From IMG/VR virus record IMGVR_UViG_3300028805_000098, positions 1 through 64,000 of that record: 64,000 nt of DNA, one strand, 5' to 3'. The stretch comes from an uncultured virus (IMG/VR IMGVR_UViG_3300028805_000098). Taxonomy: Duplodnaviria; Heunggongvirae; Uroviricota; Caudoviricetes. Below are positions 50,136 through 59,477 of this stretch, piece by piece (position 1 is the stretch's first letter; the number at the start of each line of letters is the position of its first letter). The notes beneath the pieces were generated by a model that made no database searches, was not told the DNA's origin, and was given only the letters and a program-made list of their open reading frames with translations. Made by a program: the position numbers and the translations under genes.

Positions 50136-50380
50136 TTCTTCAATATCTGATTACGTATTTGCTCTCGTTCTTGTTTCTTGCGAATTTCTTCTTGTCGCTT
50201 AGCTTCAGCCTTATATCTTTCGATTCTAGCTTCACGCAATATTGTGATAACCCTAAACGGCAATTCCATAAGATTAGGAACGGAACCAATATCAGACTTG
50301 AATAATTCTAAAGTTTCCTCCAAGTAACGAACATAATCCTTTATTCGTTTATCATATGGCGTTGAGCCTCCAGAAAAAGG
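50132..50380 (-). CDS. Small baseplate/tail-assembly-associated ORF with no clear start (possible frameshift extension)
   Basis: Open -1 frame overlapping the end of the 543-aa gene; LMELP motif. Confidence 0.45.
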   Translation of the reverse strand, partial: PFSGGSTPYDKRIKDYVRYLEETLELFKSDIGSVPNLMELPFRVITILREARIERYKAEAKRQEEIRKKQEREQIRNQILKK

Positions 50381-51972
50381 AGCCTCTCGATACTGATAAC
50401 AACGTCTTCTGTGAATGCGTGTCCGCAAATCGGGCAAACCACAGACGAAGCTTTGAAGCCATAACGATACATGTATTCGAAGATGTTATCCGTGATGCAT
50501 TGCTGAACGACTTCGAGAATTTCTTGATTCATGCGGGCGAGAATATCAATAATCGTAACCGCATCATCAAACATGTCATAATCACCAGTTTCGTCATTCT
50601 TAAGAGCAATGCTACGAATATATCTGGCTGTCGTAATCAAACCTTCATAAACTTCGTCTTCGACATACTGTGAACTTTCAATCTTACGTTCAAAGTTTTC
50701 GATAACGTCGTAAATACTCGGGCAATAAACATCGATAATGATATCTTCGTCTTCGCCAAGTGCAAATCTGAAAGATTTGTTGATGACAGCTTCTTCGCGA
50801 GCCTTAAGTGCGTCTTCGATAGTAAATGACGCCTGATAAATACGCTCGGCTTCATCTTTGAGTTTGTCTGAAATGCGATCGACTAAGAGAATTTCCGTAT
50901 TAGAATATTCGTGGTTGAATTGATTCGGACGTGTAACGATTCTGCCGTTTTCATCACGGACTTTTCTCGTACATTCAGGATTTCCGCAATTCATAAGAAG
51001 TGTTTCTTTGTCGGGATAAGTAGCGCGTGTAAGAGCATAGATAAAGACCGGAAGATCGATTTCCGCGGTATTCTTAGCAAAATCATCAAAGCTCTTAAAT
51101 TCGCCAGTGCTACATTCGACGAGTTTCGACCAAACAAGACTTGCTTTCTGACTGAGTTTTTCAGCAGAATTCATATTTTCGCGTTCATCTATGGTAATCA
51201 AGTTAATAATTTCGATACTGGAAAGATTGCGCATTTTACCAACATAACCAGACGCCGCCGCAACGAACGGAGCGAATTGTCTACTGAAAGCTTTTTCAAT
51301 CAAAGTCTTCTGGCGAATAGCTTTCGGCTTAGTCATCTTAACGGATTTGAGTTTATGCTCATCAACTTGCACAACTTTAATCTTCTTAGATACACGAAGC
51401 TTTTCACGTTCTTCATTAGTGAATTCGACGCTACGCATACCGGTTTTATCCATAAGGATTTCGACAACTGTATTGACTGCTTTACGACCTTTGCCTTCAA
51501 TAGCCATACGTTTCTTTGCAACTTCACCCATGTCGTCAAGCATTTTCTCAGCTTCTTTGACATGTTGCTGGATGTCTGAGCCTTCTGCCATAGGACCGAC
51601 TGTCAACCCTTCCGGTTCTTTGGGTTTTTCTTCAATGATGATACCGCCACCAAGTTCTTCTTTAGTGATAGCCTTTTCGTTAGCGCGAGCTTTCGCCATC
51701 GGATCTTCGATATTAGCAATTTCAGCCGGTTTAGTAGATTCGTCAGCTTTGTGTTCACGAAGTTCTCCGATGTTGGGGATACTTGAAGTTTCAGCCTTTT
51801 CCATTTTACCTTGCTCGTCATCCCACTGGAAAATTTCTGAGTTTTCTGTAGTCGCCGGGTTAGTTCTGATTTTATCTTTATCACCAGACTTATCAGATTC
51901 GAAACTTCCAGCGGCTTGTTTTCTGAGCTTACTGATGTCCATACCATCAAGAGCTCCTTTTTTCTCTGCCAT
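50341..51972 (-). CDS. Putative baseplate hub/tail assembly chaperone
   Basis: RATYP..CGNPEC and C-terminal CPICG; next to a gp25-like gene. Confidence 0.5.
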   Translation of the reverse strand: MAEKKGALDGMDISKLRKQAAGSFESDKSGDKDKIRTNPATTENSEIFQWDDEQGKMEKAETSSIPNIGELREHKADESTKPAEIANIEDPMAKARANEKAITKEELGGGIIIEEKPKEPEGLTVGPMAEGSDIQQHVKEAEKMLDDMGEVAKKRMAIEGKGRKAVNTVVEILMDKTGMRSVEFTNEEREKLRVSKKIKVVQVDEHKLKSVKMTKPKAIRQKTLIEKAFSRQFAPFVAAASGYVGKMRNLSSIEIINLITIDERENMNSAEKLSQKASLVWSKLVECSTGEFKSFDDFAKNTAEIDLPVFIYALTRATYPDKETLLMNCGNPECTRKVRDENGRIVTRPNQFNHEYSNTEILLVDRISDKLKDEAERIYQASFTIEDALKAREEAVINKSFRFALGEDEDIIIDVYCPSIYDVIENFERKIESSQYVEDEVYEGLITTARYIRSIALKNDETGDYDMFDDAVTIIDILARMNQEILEVVQQCITDNIFEYMYRYGFKASSVVCPICGHAFTEDVVISIERLLFLEAQRHMINE

Positions 51973-51985
51973 TTACTCTTCCTCC

Positions 51986-52399
51986 TTAATTGAATTCGAC
52001 CTTTATATCGAGTAGAGAAGTTGACTTTCTAGTCATCGCTATACTGATGGTTCTTTCGGCTTGCAATTCGAAGTCGAGAATAACGTAATACTCACCTTTA
52101 TAACGAGAATTCCAGATATTCATGTCCACCATGTCTACCTGTGGAGCATATTTGCGTATTTGATCGACAATCTTCTCTTTGAGGGTTGTACCTAAAACGT
52201 AATCCATATTCTTATAACGAATCTCTCTCGAGATATTGATTCCCATTTCAGGTAACGAGGGATAATCTCCCGGACGTAAAAACAGTAATAAGAGAATTTG
52301 TCTGTATGCTGATTCCGCTTCTGTCAAAACTTTCTGTCTACCAAATCCGTCAAGGTCAAAATCAAGCTCTTTGTTATCTTTGTAAAACGAAGGCATCAT
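51986..52399 (-). CDS. Baseplate wedge protein (gp25-like)
   Basis: LLLFLRPGDYPSLPEMGI resembles the gp25 T.xGE...PxFG motif. Confidence 0.65.
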   Translation of the reverse strand: MMPSFYKDNKELDFDLDGFGRQKVLTEAESAYRQILLLLFLRPGDYPSLPEMGINISREIRYKNMDYVLGTTLKEKIVDQIRKYAPQVDMVDMNIWNSRYKGEYYVILDFELQAERTISIAMTRKSTSLLDIKVEFN

Positions 52400-52508
52400 T
52401 CATCACCTCTACTTTCTTTTAAATACTGGTGAAGAATTTAGTTTTTAGTAGCGTCAGTTATTTATCAAAGCGACAGAATGCTAAAACAAACATTGGAGGT
52501 GAATTCAT

Positions 52509-53297
52509 ATGGATTACAAGAAATGCCCTGTATGTAAAGAAAAGATTGTGGGCTCTAAGGAAAACATGATAATTCACGTAGAGAAAGAGCATGATGATCT
52601 TATACCAGAAAACCAGAATCCGGGAGAATTCATTTATTTAAGAGAACACAATGGTGAACCTCGTAAATGTATGATATGTAAGAAGCCAACAGAGTGGAAT
52701 GTCAGAACCAATAAATACAATGCGTTCTGTAGTGATGCTTGCAAACAAGAGTATGTTAAAATTGCTAAGGCTCGAATGAAGAAAGTTTATGGTAAAGAAT
52801 GTATTCTTGACAATCCCGATGTACAGAAGAAGATGTTGGCGAATCGATCTATTAGTGGACGATACATGCATTCAGATGGTGGAGTGTTGACTTATACAGG
52901 AACCTTTGAGGAAGACTTCTGCAAAATGATGGATACGTTTCTGCAATTTCCGTCTACTGATATTATTATGCCATCTCCTCACGTTTATGAATACGAGTAT
53001 GAAGGTAAGAAACATTTTTACTTTCCGGATGTATTCATTCCATCGTTAATGCTCGAAGTTGAGATTAAGGATGGTGGAGATAATCCGAACATGCACCACA
53101 AAATTCAAGACGTTGATAAAGTCAAAGAAAAACTCAAAGATGAAGCATTGATGAAACAACGTGACTTTCACTATATCAAGATTGAGAACAAAGATTATGG
53201 TGCGTTCTTTGAACTAATTGAAAGACTTGCGAATGATGATTTGACCGAAAAAGAACAACGAGAGAAAATCAAAATTACACCGGAACAAAAAGCGTGA
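52509..53297 (+). CDS. Zn-finger plus PD-(D/E)xK nuclease (TnsA/T4 gp4-like)
   Basis: CPVC..H..H, CMIC..FCSDAC, YFPDVF...EVEIK. Confidence 0.65.
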   Translation: MDYKKCPVCKEKIVGSKENMIIHVEKEHDDLIPENQNPGEFIYLREHNGEPRKCMICKKPTEWNVRTNKYNAFCSDACKQEYVKIAKARMKKVYGKECILDNPDVQKKMLANRSISGRYMHSDGGVLTYTGTFEEDFCKMMDTFLQFPSTDIIMPSPHVYEYEYEGKKHFYFPDVFIPSLMLEVEIKDGGDNPNMHHKIQDVDKVKEKLKDEALMKQRDFHYIKIENKDYGAFFELIERLANDDLTEKEQREKIKITPEQKA

Positions 53298-53368
53298 CGA
53301 ACCCCGAGAATGGAATTGAATCCATCTCGGGGTTATTTGTTCGTTTTCGTTCGTTAGAACTATTTTAG

Positions 53369-53932
53369 TCACACACCAATTTTTTCCATTGAGTAGAGAG
53401 TTGCTTTTCCATTGAAGACATTGAACTCAATGATGAGAGCTTCCGGATCCGCGTCTGAAGAAATCATGCGGCGTTGAGCAACGACAACGTGATTGACGCC
53501 TTTGGTAACTTTCTTGCCCATGTAAAGAACGGGTGTAATACCGACGCCAGTGAGTTTTTCGCCTGCAGGTTCGATAATCGAGTCGAAGTATTCCTTGACT
53601 TTATCTTCGGGATCGGTTCCTTCGACAAGCTCGTCATCTTCGATAACCTCGACGACTTTCGCGCCTTCACCATCAAACGAACCAGCCGGAATGTTAACGA
53701 TAATACCGACGATTCTTTTGATTGTCTTCAAGGTAGTACTAACTGCCTCTGCGACCAGCAAATAGTTAGTACCATTCACAATCTGATCCGCAACGAGCCA
53801 AATCGGGGTAAATGTCGACCCAAACAAAATGGGCTTTGCCGAGGCGAGAGCCTGAGGAAGTGAAGTTGCAGGTTGGTTGATAATGTTCCAACCACCAAGT
53901 TTCCCACCAAGGGTGATACCACCAAATTTCAT
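53369..53932 (-). CDS. Protein with two cystatin-like repeats
   Basis: GGW, QIVNGTNY and second copy KVTKGVNH; late promoter at 53974-53985. Confidence 0.55.
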   Translation of the reverse strand: MKFGGITLGGKLGGWNIINQPATSLPQALASAKPILFGSTFTPIWLVADQIVNGTNYLLVAEAVSTTLKTIKRIVGIIVNIPAGSFDGEGAKVVEVIEDDELVEGTDPEDKVKEYFDSIIEPAGEKLTGVGITPVLYMGKKVTKGVNHVVVAQRRMISSDADPEALIIEFNVFNGKATLYSMEKIGV

Positions 53933-53991
53933 GATGTTTTGCCTCCTTATATGATTCATCATTAGAATCGGATTACCTTCTTGTTAAGAGA

Positions 53992-54096
53992 GGTTTAATT
54001 TCAATCCGACATCACCCCCACCCACATTTATATATTATATACGCGTAGAAGAGTTAAGTAGGCAGCTCACTACTAAGATGAAAAAACCTACGATCC
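53992..54096 (+). promoter_or_regulatory. Conserved promoter-leader element, copy C (variant family)
   Basis: caatccgacatcaccccc..ATATATTAT..gagttaagtagg..ctactaa..gaaaaaacctacgatcc. Confidence 0.9.
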
Positions 54097-54119
54097 TCGC
54101 CTCGTAAGGAGATGGTAGA

Positions 54120-54605
54120 GTGATTAAGTACAGCGACCTCGACGTGAGAGAAAGGGCGCTTCTTGACTCTCTCAAGGACAAGATGGTCAAGAAAGTGCTC
54201 CCATACGATCAACGTTATGCGAAAAACTGGGAGTTTTTCGAGACGGTCCATTCGGATTATCTCGATGATTTCCAAGCGCTCATCTCAGATGAGATGGACG
54301 TGAAGGCGTTCGTTTCGACGTATCATCTCGACTATTACAGCTCGTCGAAGCTCGACGAAATGTACGATGAGTACTACGAGATCTTTCCGCCGGAATCAGG
54401 CCATGATGACATCATCCGCCGCAACCAGATCACATTTATTGAGAACTGGGATTGGGACGATGAGATCAAGTTGCCCGATAAGTGGGACTGCGATGTCTAC
54501 GATGCGATTGTAGAAAGCGTCAAAGACAAAGCGGTATCAACGATCCGCGACGAAAATTGGGAACGTTTCCGCGAAACCGCCCGCAAAATGGGATGGTTCT
54601 TCTAA
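54120..54605 (+). CDS. Hypothetical acidic cargo protein of cassette C
   Basis: GTG start after AAGGAG; followed by a terminator. Confidence 0.75.
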   Translation: MIKYSDLDVRERALLDSLKDKMVKKVLPYDQRYAKNWEFFETVHSDYLDDFQALISDEMDVKAFVSTYHLDYYSSSKLDEMYDEYYEIFPPESGHDDIIRRNQITFIENWDWDDEIKLPDKWDCDVYDAIVESVKDKAVSTIRDENWERFRETARKMGWFF

Positions 54606-54678
54606 CTGGTCACGTCACGCTCACCGGTCACGCTCATTATACGGGCGTGATTTTTTTTTGTTTTCCAACCTCGCAATA

Positions 54679-54856
54679 CCCGAGAAGAAGTATGGGGTAA
54701 AGCAAAAGCATTTAGTAGAGAACCAAAGATTTATCTCCACTGGACTGCTGGTTGGTACGATAATGTTCCGACCACCAAGTGTAATACCACCAAATTTCAT
54801 GATGTTTGCCTCCTTATATGATTCATCATCGGAATCGAATTACCTTTTTTAAGAAG
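54679..54856. pseudogene. Chimeric duplication relic (amidase 5' fragment joined to the start region of the cystatin-like gene)
   Basis: 54679-54764 matches 55610-55695; 54760-54856 matches 53880-53991, with substitutions and deletions. Confidence 0.9.
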
Positions 54857-54961
54857 GGTTTAATTTCAATCCGACATCACCCCCACCCACATTTATATAT
54901 TATATACGCGTAGAAGAGTTAAGTAGGCAGCTCACTACTAAGATGAAAAAACCTACGATCC
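54857..54961 (+). promoter_or_regulatory. Conserved promoter-leader element, copy D
   Basis: Identical to 53992-54096 over 105 bp. Confidence 0.92.
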
Positions 54962-54979
54962 CTTAAGGAGGGATTTGGA

Positions 54980-55468
54980 ATGACCACAGACGATTTCGGA
55001 TACGAGCTGGGTCAAATACTCAACTTTCAATGCACTGAACCAGAGGATTTCGATGGTGAGTGCATCGGATCCCGGTGCCCGAACTTCCATGAGTGCCATA
55101 GTCATCCGCATTACTACATCAGCACGGCATATTACAAAAAGTATGCTGTTGTGAGCGATGATTGGCACGAGGTTGGCATCTTTGATGTTGACATCGTAAC
55201 ACCGAAACAGGCGGCCGAAATAATTTGCAATGGAGCAACGAATCCTACCCGGATCGAACGCGCCAACCGCATCAGTGTCGGAAGCCAATGGTTCAAAACG
55301 CTCGATGATGAAATAGAATGCGAGTATGTCGACATCAACGGTATTCGCTACTATTTTGACGATCAGTATTGCTTCGGCGGCTACATCAACTGGGCTCGCG
55401 CCATAATCAAGGAAAACAATCTTTCGTTTGAAGATGTCGTTTATCTCAATGAACTCTTGGAGCAATAA
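54980..55468 (+). CDS. Hypothetical cargo protein of cassette D (Cys/His cluster)
   Basis: RBS AAGGAGG; C..C..C..CHSHPH; followed by a terminator. Confidence 0.75.
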   Translation: MTTDDFGYELGQILNFQCTEPEDFDGECIGSRCPNFHECHSHPHYYISTAYYKKYAVVSDDWHEVGIFDVDIVTPKQAAEIICNGATNPTRIERANRISVGSQWFKTLDDEIECEYVDINGIRYYFDDQYCFGGYINWARAIIKENNLSFEDVVYLNELLEQ

Positions 55469-55563
55469 CGCTCCGCTGCGGTCTCGCTCATATGGGCGAG
55501 ATTTTTTTTTCATTTCTAACCTCTTAATATTCAAGACAATCTCATAAAGGTAGGTGAACGAAA

Positions 55564-56166
55564 ATGCGTGAAGTTACACTTAAAGAAATCTATCAACTCG
55601 CTTCTGCTGCCCGAGAAGAAGTTTGGGATAAAGCAAAAGCACTTGGTAGAGAACCAAAGATTTATCTCCACTGGACTGCTGGTTGGTACGATAATAAGTC
55701 TGACGACTACCATATCAATATCGATAAGAATGGCAAATATTATGCCAGTACAGATAATTTTGCTGATGTTATCGCCGGAACATACAAACGTAACAGTGGA
55801 GCTATCAACATCACAATATGTTGTGCGGTATATGCGGATACCAAAGACTTAGGTCCGAATCCTCCAACCGCTGCACAGATTGAAAGTATGGCTTTGGCTG
55901 TTTGTGCAGTAGCTGAAGGATTATGGCTCACAATCAATCCAGGTCATGTAATGACACATGGAGAAGCTGCAGATAATGAAGATGGTTTGTGGTGTCATGA
56001 ACAATATGGACCGAAATCAACTTGTGAACGCTGGGATTTGGAATATCTTGAAACTTCAGAATCCCCAAAGTTTAATCCTCATGCAATAGACGGTTCTCGC
56101 GGTGGAGACGTTCTCAGAGGAAAAGCTCTTTGGTATCTCCCAGAATTCAGAAAGAATTACAAATAA
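55564..56166 (+). CDS. N-acetylmuramoyl-L-alanine amidase (Amidase_2-like endolysin)
   Basis: IYLHWTAG, YHINID, PTAAQIESM, MTHGE; late promoter at 55535-55546. Confidence 0.8.
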   Translation: MREVTLKEIYQLASAAREEVWDKAKALGREPKIYLHWTAGWYDNKSDDYHINIDKNGKYYASTDNFADVIAGTYKRNSGAINITICCAVYADTKDLGPNPPTAAQIESMALAVCAVAEGLWLTINPGHVMTHGEAADNEDGLWCHEQYGPKSTCERWDLEYLETSESPKFNPHAIDGSRGGDVLRGKALWYLPEFRKNYK

Positions 56167-56238
56167 ACTCAAAATGAGGAAGAGATTCGAATCTCTTCCT
56201 CAACTTACCCTTAAACTAATTCAAAGGAGGTAACGCTT

Positions 56239-58524
56239 ATGAATCTTGAACGCGTTATCAAACGCGACGGTTCGTTGGTTTCATACGACCGATCGAAAAT
56301 TTACAAAGCGATTGTTGGAGCTAACAACGCTTCCGTCGAACAAATGACCGAACGCGATCTTGAGAATATCATTGAACAGATAGAGTCCGATATTGGTGAT
56401 CGTACTGAAATATCAGTCGAAGATATTCAAGATGTCGTGGAACGTCGTCTTATGCAACACGGATTTTTCGAGATAGCCAAGAAGTATATTTGTTACAGAT
56501 ATAAACATATGCTTCGTCGGGAATCGAAGAAGAATCTCATGCAAACTTATAAAGACATTTTGTTTACTGATGCCTCAGCGATGGACGATAAGAGGGAAAA
56601 TGCAAATATTAACACTGATGGTCCAATGGGCATAATGCTTAAACTTGGATCAGATGGAGCAAAAGAATTCGCGCTTAATACCCAACCAAAAGAATTTGCT
56701 GAAGCACATCGTCAACATTTCATTCATGAACACGATAACGATTTCTCAATGATAACGTTGAATTGTTGTCAAATTGATCTACTGAAACTGTTTCACGGTG
56801 GGTTTTCAACAGGTCATGGTCATATAAGAGAACCAGGCTCTATTCGATCATATGCAGCTTTAGCATGTGTGGCAATTCAATCAGACCAGAACGACTGTTT
56901 CGGAGGCCAGTCACTAAATGCAGAAGATTATGCGATGGCTGAAGGGATCAGAAAAACATTCGTGAAAGAAATTATATCTAAAACGGTTGAATTTGGACAA
57001 TTTGTGACATCGAACATGTACGACAAGCACACGGTTAGTAAAGAAGTCAAAGAAGAATTCGATAGAACAAAGATACATTACGTCGAAGATAAAGACATTA
57101 AGAATTCTAGTGATTATTGGGAAACCATAGAAGAAATATGGAGAGTTTTCTGTAAAGTTTTCATGGAAGTCGAGCGAAACGAATGGGATGGTCTTCATTC
57201 AATTTATGAAATAGCAAAAGATGCCACTGAAGAAGAGACACGTCAAGCTATGGAAGCAATGGTGTATAATTTTAATAGCTTACACGCTAGGTCAGGCGGG
57301 CAAGTTCCGTTCAGTTCTATCAACTTTGGTATGGATACTTCTCCAGAGGGACGATTGGCAATAAGAGAAACTCTCAACGCTATTGATGCTGGAATGGGAA
57401 AGGGAGAATCTCCACTATTTCCAATTTCGATTTTTCAGATTAAATCAGGAATCAATTTCAACCCAGGCGATCCAAATTACGACTTATTTAAGCGTGCATG
57501 TGAAGTGAGTGCTAAGAGGTTGTACCCGAACTTTGTATCGTGTGATGCCACTTTTAACTTGAAGTATTATAAACCAGGAAATTATAATACATACGCTGCA
57601 ACGATGGGATGCCGTACCCGTGTTATCGGAAATGTGAATGGACCTGAAGAAACTGGTGGAAGAGGAAATTTTAGTTTTGTGACTCTTAATCTTCCAAAAT
57701 TTGCACTCGAAGCAAAACGTCAACTTGGAAACAACGCACCACAAGAAGAGATCATAAAACGTTTCTACGAGATATACGATCACTATATTCAACTTAGTCA
57801 CGATTATCTTCTTTACCGTTTTCAAATTATTGCAGATAAACACGTTTTCAATTTTCCGTTTTTGATGGGTCAAGGCGTTTGGATGGGAAGCGATGAATTA
57901 TCGCCAAATGATACTATACGAAAAGTTTTGAAAAATGCTACCCTTTCTATTGGATTCTGTGGTCTTGCAGAAACTTTAATAGCATTAACAGGAAAACATC
58001 ATGGAGAGAATGAGGATTCGCAACGGTTCGGATTGGAAATCGTCCAACATCTTCGTGACAAAACCGACAAGTTTAAAGTTGAAGAAAAAATGAATTGGTC
58101 AACCTTTTCAACTCCAGCCGAAGGGACAGCAAATACATTTCAAAAAGCGAATCGCAAAGATTATGGAATCATACGTGGTGTCACCGATAGATTGTACATC
58201 ACGAACAGTTTCCATGTTCCTGTGTATTATAAGATACGAGCTATCGATAAAATTCGTATCGAAGCACCATACCATGAAAAATGTGATGCTGGCGCGATAA
58301 GCTATATTGAGTACAATGGGGATCCTCTCCAAAATGTAGAAGCTTTTGAAAAACTTGTACGAGCCATGCACGATGCAAATATGGGATATTTCAGTGTGAA
58401 CCACCCTGTCGACCGCGACCCGGTCTGTGGTTATACCGGTATTATAAAAAACGAATGCCCACACTGCAAACGCAAAGAACACGAATCGTGGCATCACAAA
58501 ACCGTACCGATGATTTCAATCTGA
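56239..58524 (+). CDS. nrdD: Anaerobic (class III) ribonucleotide reductase with ATP cone, lacking the C-terminal glycyl-radical motif
   Basis: VIKRDG ATP cone, NCCQID, GGQ, ATMGCRT, GRGNFSF, TPAEG, YITNSFH, PVCG..CPHC. Confidence 0.9.
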   Translation: MNLERVIKRDGSLVSYDRSKIYKAIVGANNASVEQMTERDLENIIEQIESDIGDRTEISVEDIQDVVERRLMQHGFFEIAKKYICYRYKHMLRRESKKNLMQTYKDILFTDASAMDDKRENANINTDGPMGIMLKLGSDGAKEFALNTQPKEFAEAHRQHFIHEHDNDFSMITLNCCQIDLLKLFHGGFSTGHGHIREPGSIRSYAALACVAIQSDQNDCFGGQSLNAEDYAMAEGIRKTFVKEIISKTVEFGQFVTSNMYDKHTVSKEVKEEFDRTKIHYVEDKDIKNSSDYWETIEEIWRVFCKVFMEVERNEWDGLHSIYEIAKDATEEETRQAMEAMVYNFNSLHARSGGQVPFSSINFGMDTSPEGRLAIRETLNAIDAGMGKGESPLFPISIFQIKSGINFNPGDPNYDLFKRACEVSAKRLYPNFVSCDATFNLKYYKPGNYNTYAATMGCRTRVIGNVNGPEETGGRGNFSFVTLNLPKFALEAKRQLGNNAPQEEIIKRFYEIYDHYIQLSHDYLLYRFQIIADKHVFNFPFLMGQGVWMGSDELSPNDTIRKVLKNATLSIGFCGLAETLIALTGKHHGENEDSQRFGLEIVQHLRDKTDKFKVEEKMNWSTFSTPAEGTANTFQKANRKDYGIIRGVTDRLYITNSFHVPVYYKIRAIDKIRIEAPYHEKCDAGAISYIEYNGDPLQNVEAFEKLVRAMHDANMGYFSVNHPVDRDPVCGYTGIIKNECPHCKRKEHESWHHKTVPMISI

Positions 58525-58581
58525 CAAACTACAAAAAGCGTGACAAAGCCAGAACCTACAAGGTTCTGGCTTATTGTCCGC

Positions 58582-58730
58582 AAAAAAAACGACTCCCAGG
58601 AAGATAGGCCTAGCCGCCAATTCTGTTACGCGGCGACTTCGAGGCGGGTTAATCCGAAGTCTACTATATAAGCCGAGTACAACTTAGGCGTTTGTCACCA
58701 ATAACCTATCTTCCCTTAAAGTGGAGCTAT
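58582..58730 (-). ncRNA. Candidate structured non-coding RNA (multi-stem junction)
   Basis: Closing stem 58599-58608 / 58705-58714 encloses three hairpins; U8 run at the 3' end; promoter-like motif at 58760-58771. Confidence 0.5.
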
Positions 58731-58788
58731 TGCCCGCACATTAGTATTATAGATGCATCTAATGATATGTTGACACGATATAATTTTT

Positions 58789-58901
58789 CAATCTGACATC
58801 GCCCACCCTCCTAAGTATATATTATCGTGGTGTATGAGAGTTTAGTAGGAGTTCTCTTGTACTAAATTGACGAAAACCTACGATCCACATCTTTAAGGAG
58901 G
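58789..58901 (+). promoter_or_regulatory. Conserved promoter-leader element, copy E
   Basis: Near-identical to copy B from taagtatatattat through aaggaggatgttt. Confidence 0.92.
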
Positions 58902-58910
58902 ATGTTTGAA

Positions 58911-59477
58911 ATGAAAAACGCTCTGGTAAATTCGATCGTCTCCGTTATTAACGTCATTTGGGGTCTCACAGGAGGGGCAATTCTGTTCGGCGCGATGTAC
59001 GTTATCGCGTACTTCAAAGTCAAAAACGGAACTGCGTCGTTGTACACCGATGTGAGATACGCGGATACTGGAAAGAAATTGACCATATGGTCATTCTTGA
59101 AAAGGTTCGCCGTCCAGATGGAAGCAGTCCCGTTAGTAACAGATCAGGGGCTGGTTGCTTGCGTTCACGGAGGATTCGCAGAATTCATTATCGAAGGCAA
59201 GAAAGAAAATCATTTCTCGATGGCGAACAAATTCGACAAGGGAGAGTACACACTCATCTCTTGTTGTAATGGTAGCCATCAAGACTTCCATTTCAACGGG
59301 CGCAGTTTCAAACGCGACAAAAACACTATCAGTTTATATGAAACAATACTACTTCCATATAACAATGGAAAGCTTGTGTGTTGGGCTGACAAGACAATAC
59401 GTCTTTACACCTGCGCGCAATCGGTGCAGTATTGGAAATATATTCCGAAGGTTATCTGCGCAAAAGGCTGGAAATGA
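58911..59477 (+). CDS. Hypothetical membrane-anchored cargo protein of cassette E
   Basis: N-terminal hydrophobic segment; ATG spaced from the RBS. Confidence 0.72.
   Translation: MKNALVNSIVSVINVIWGLTGGAILFGAMYVIAYFKVKNGTASLYTDVRYADTGKKLTIWSFLKRFAVQMEAVPLVTDQGLVACVHGGFAEFIIEGKKENHFSMANKFDKGEYTLISCCNGSHQDFHFNGRSFKRDKNTISLYETILLPYNNGKLVCWADKTIRLYTCAQSVQYWKYIPKVICAKGWK

Noticed and set aside
54658..54852. 64-aa ORF between cassettes C and D
   Set aside because: Out-of-frame read-through of the chimeric duplication relic; no RBS.
58590..58720. tRNA or tmRNA gene
   Set aside because: Cloverleaf-like, but arm sizes, T-loop and CCA end do not fit; kept only as an unknown ncRNA candidate.
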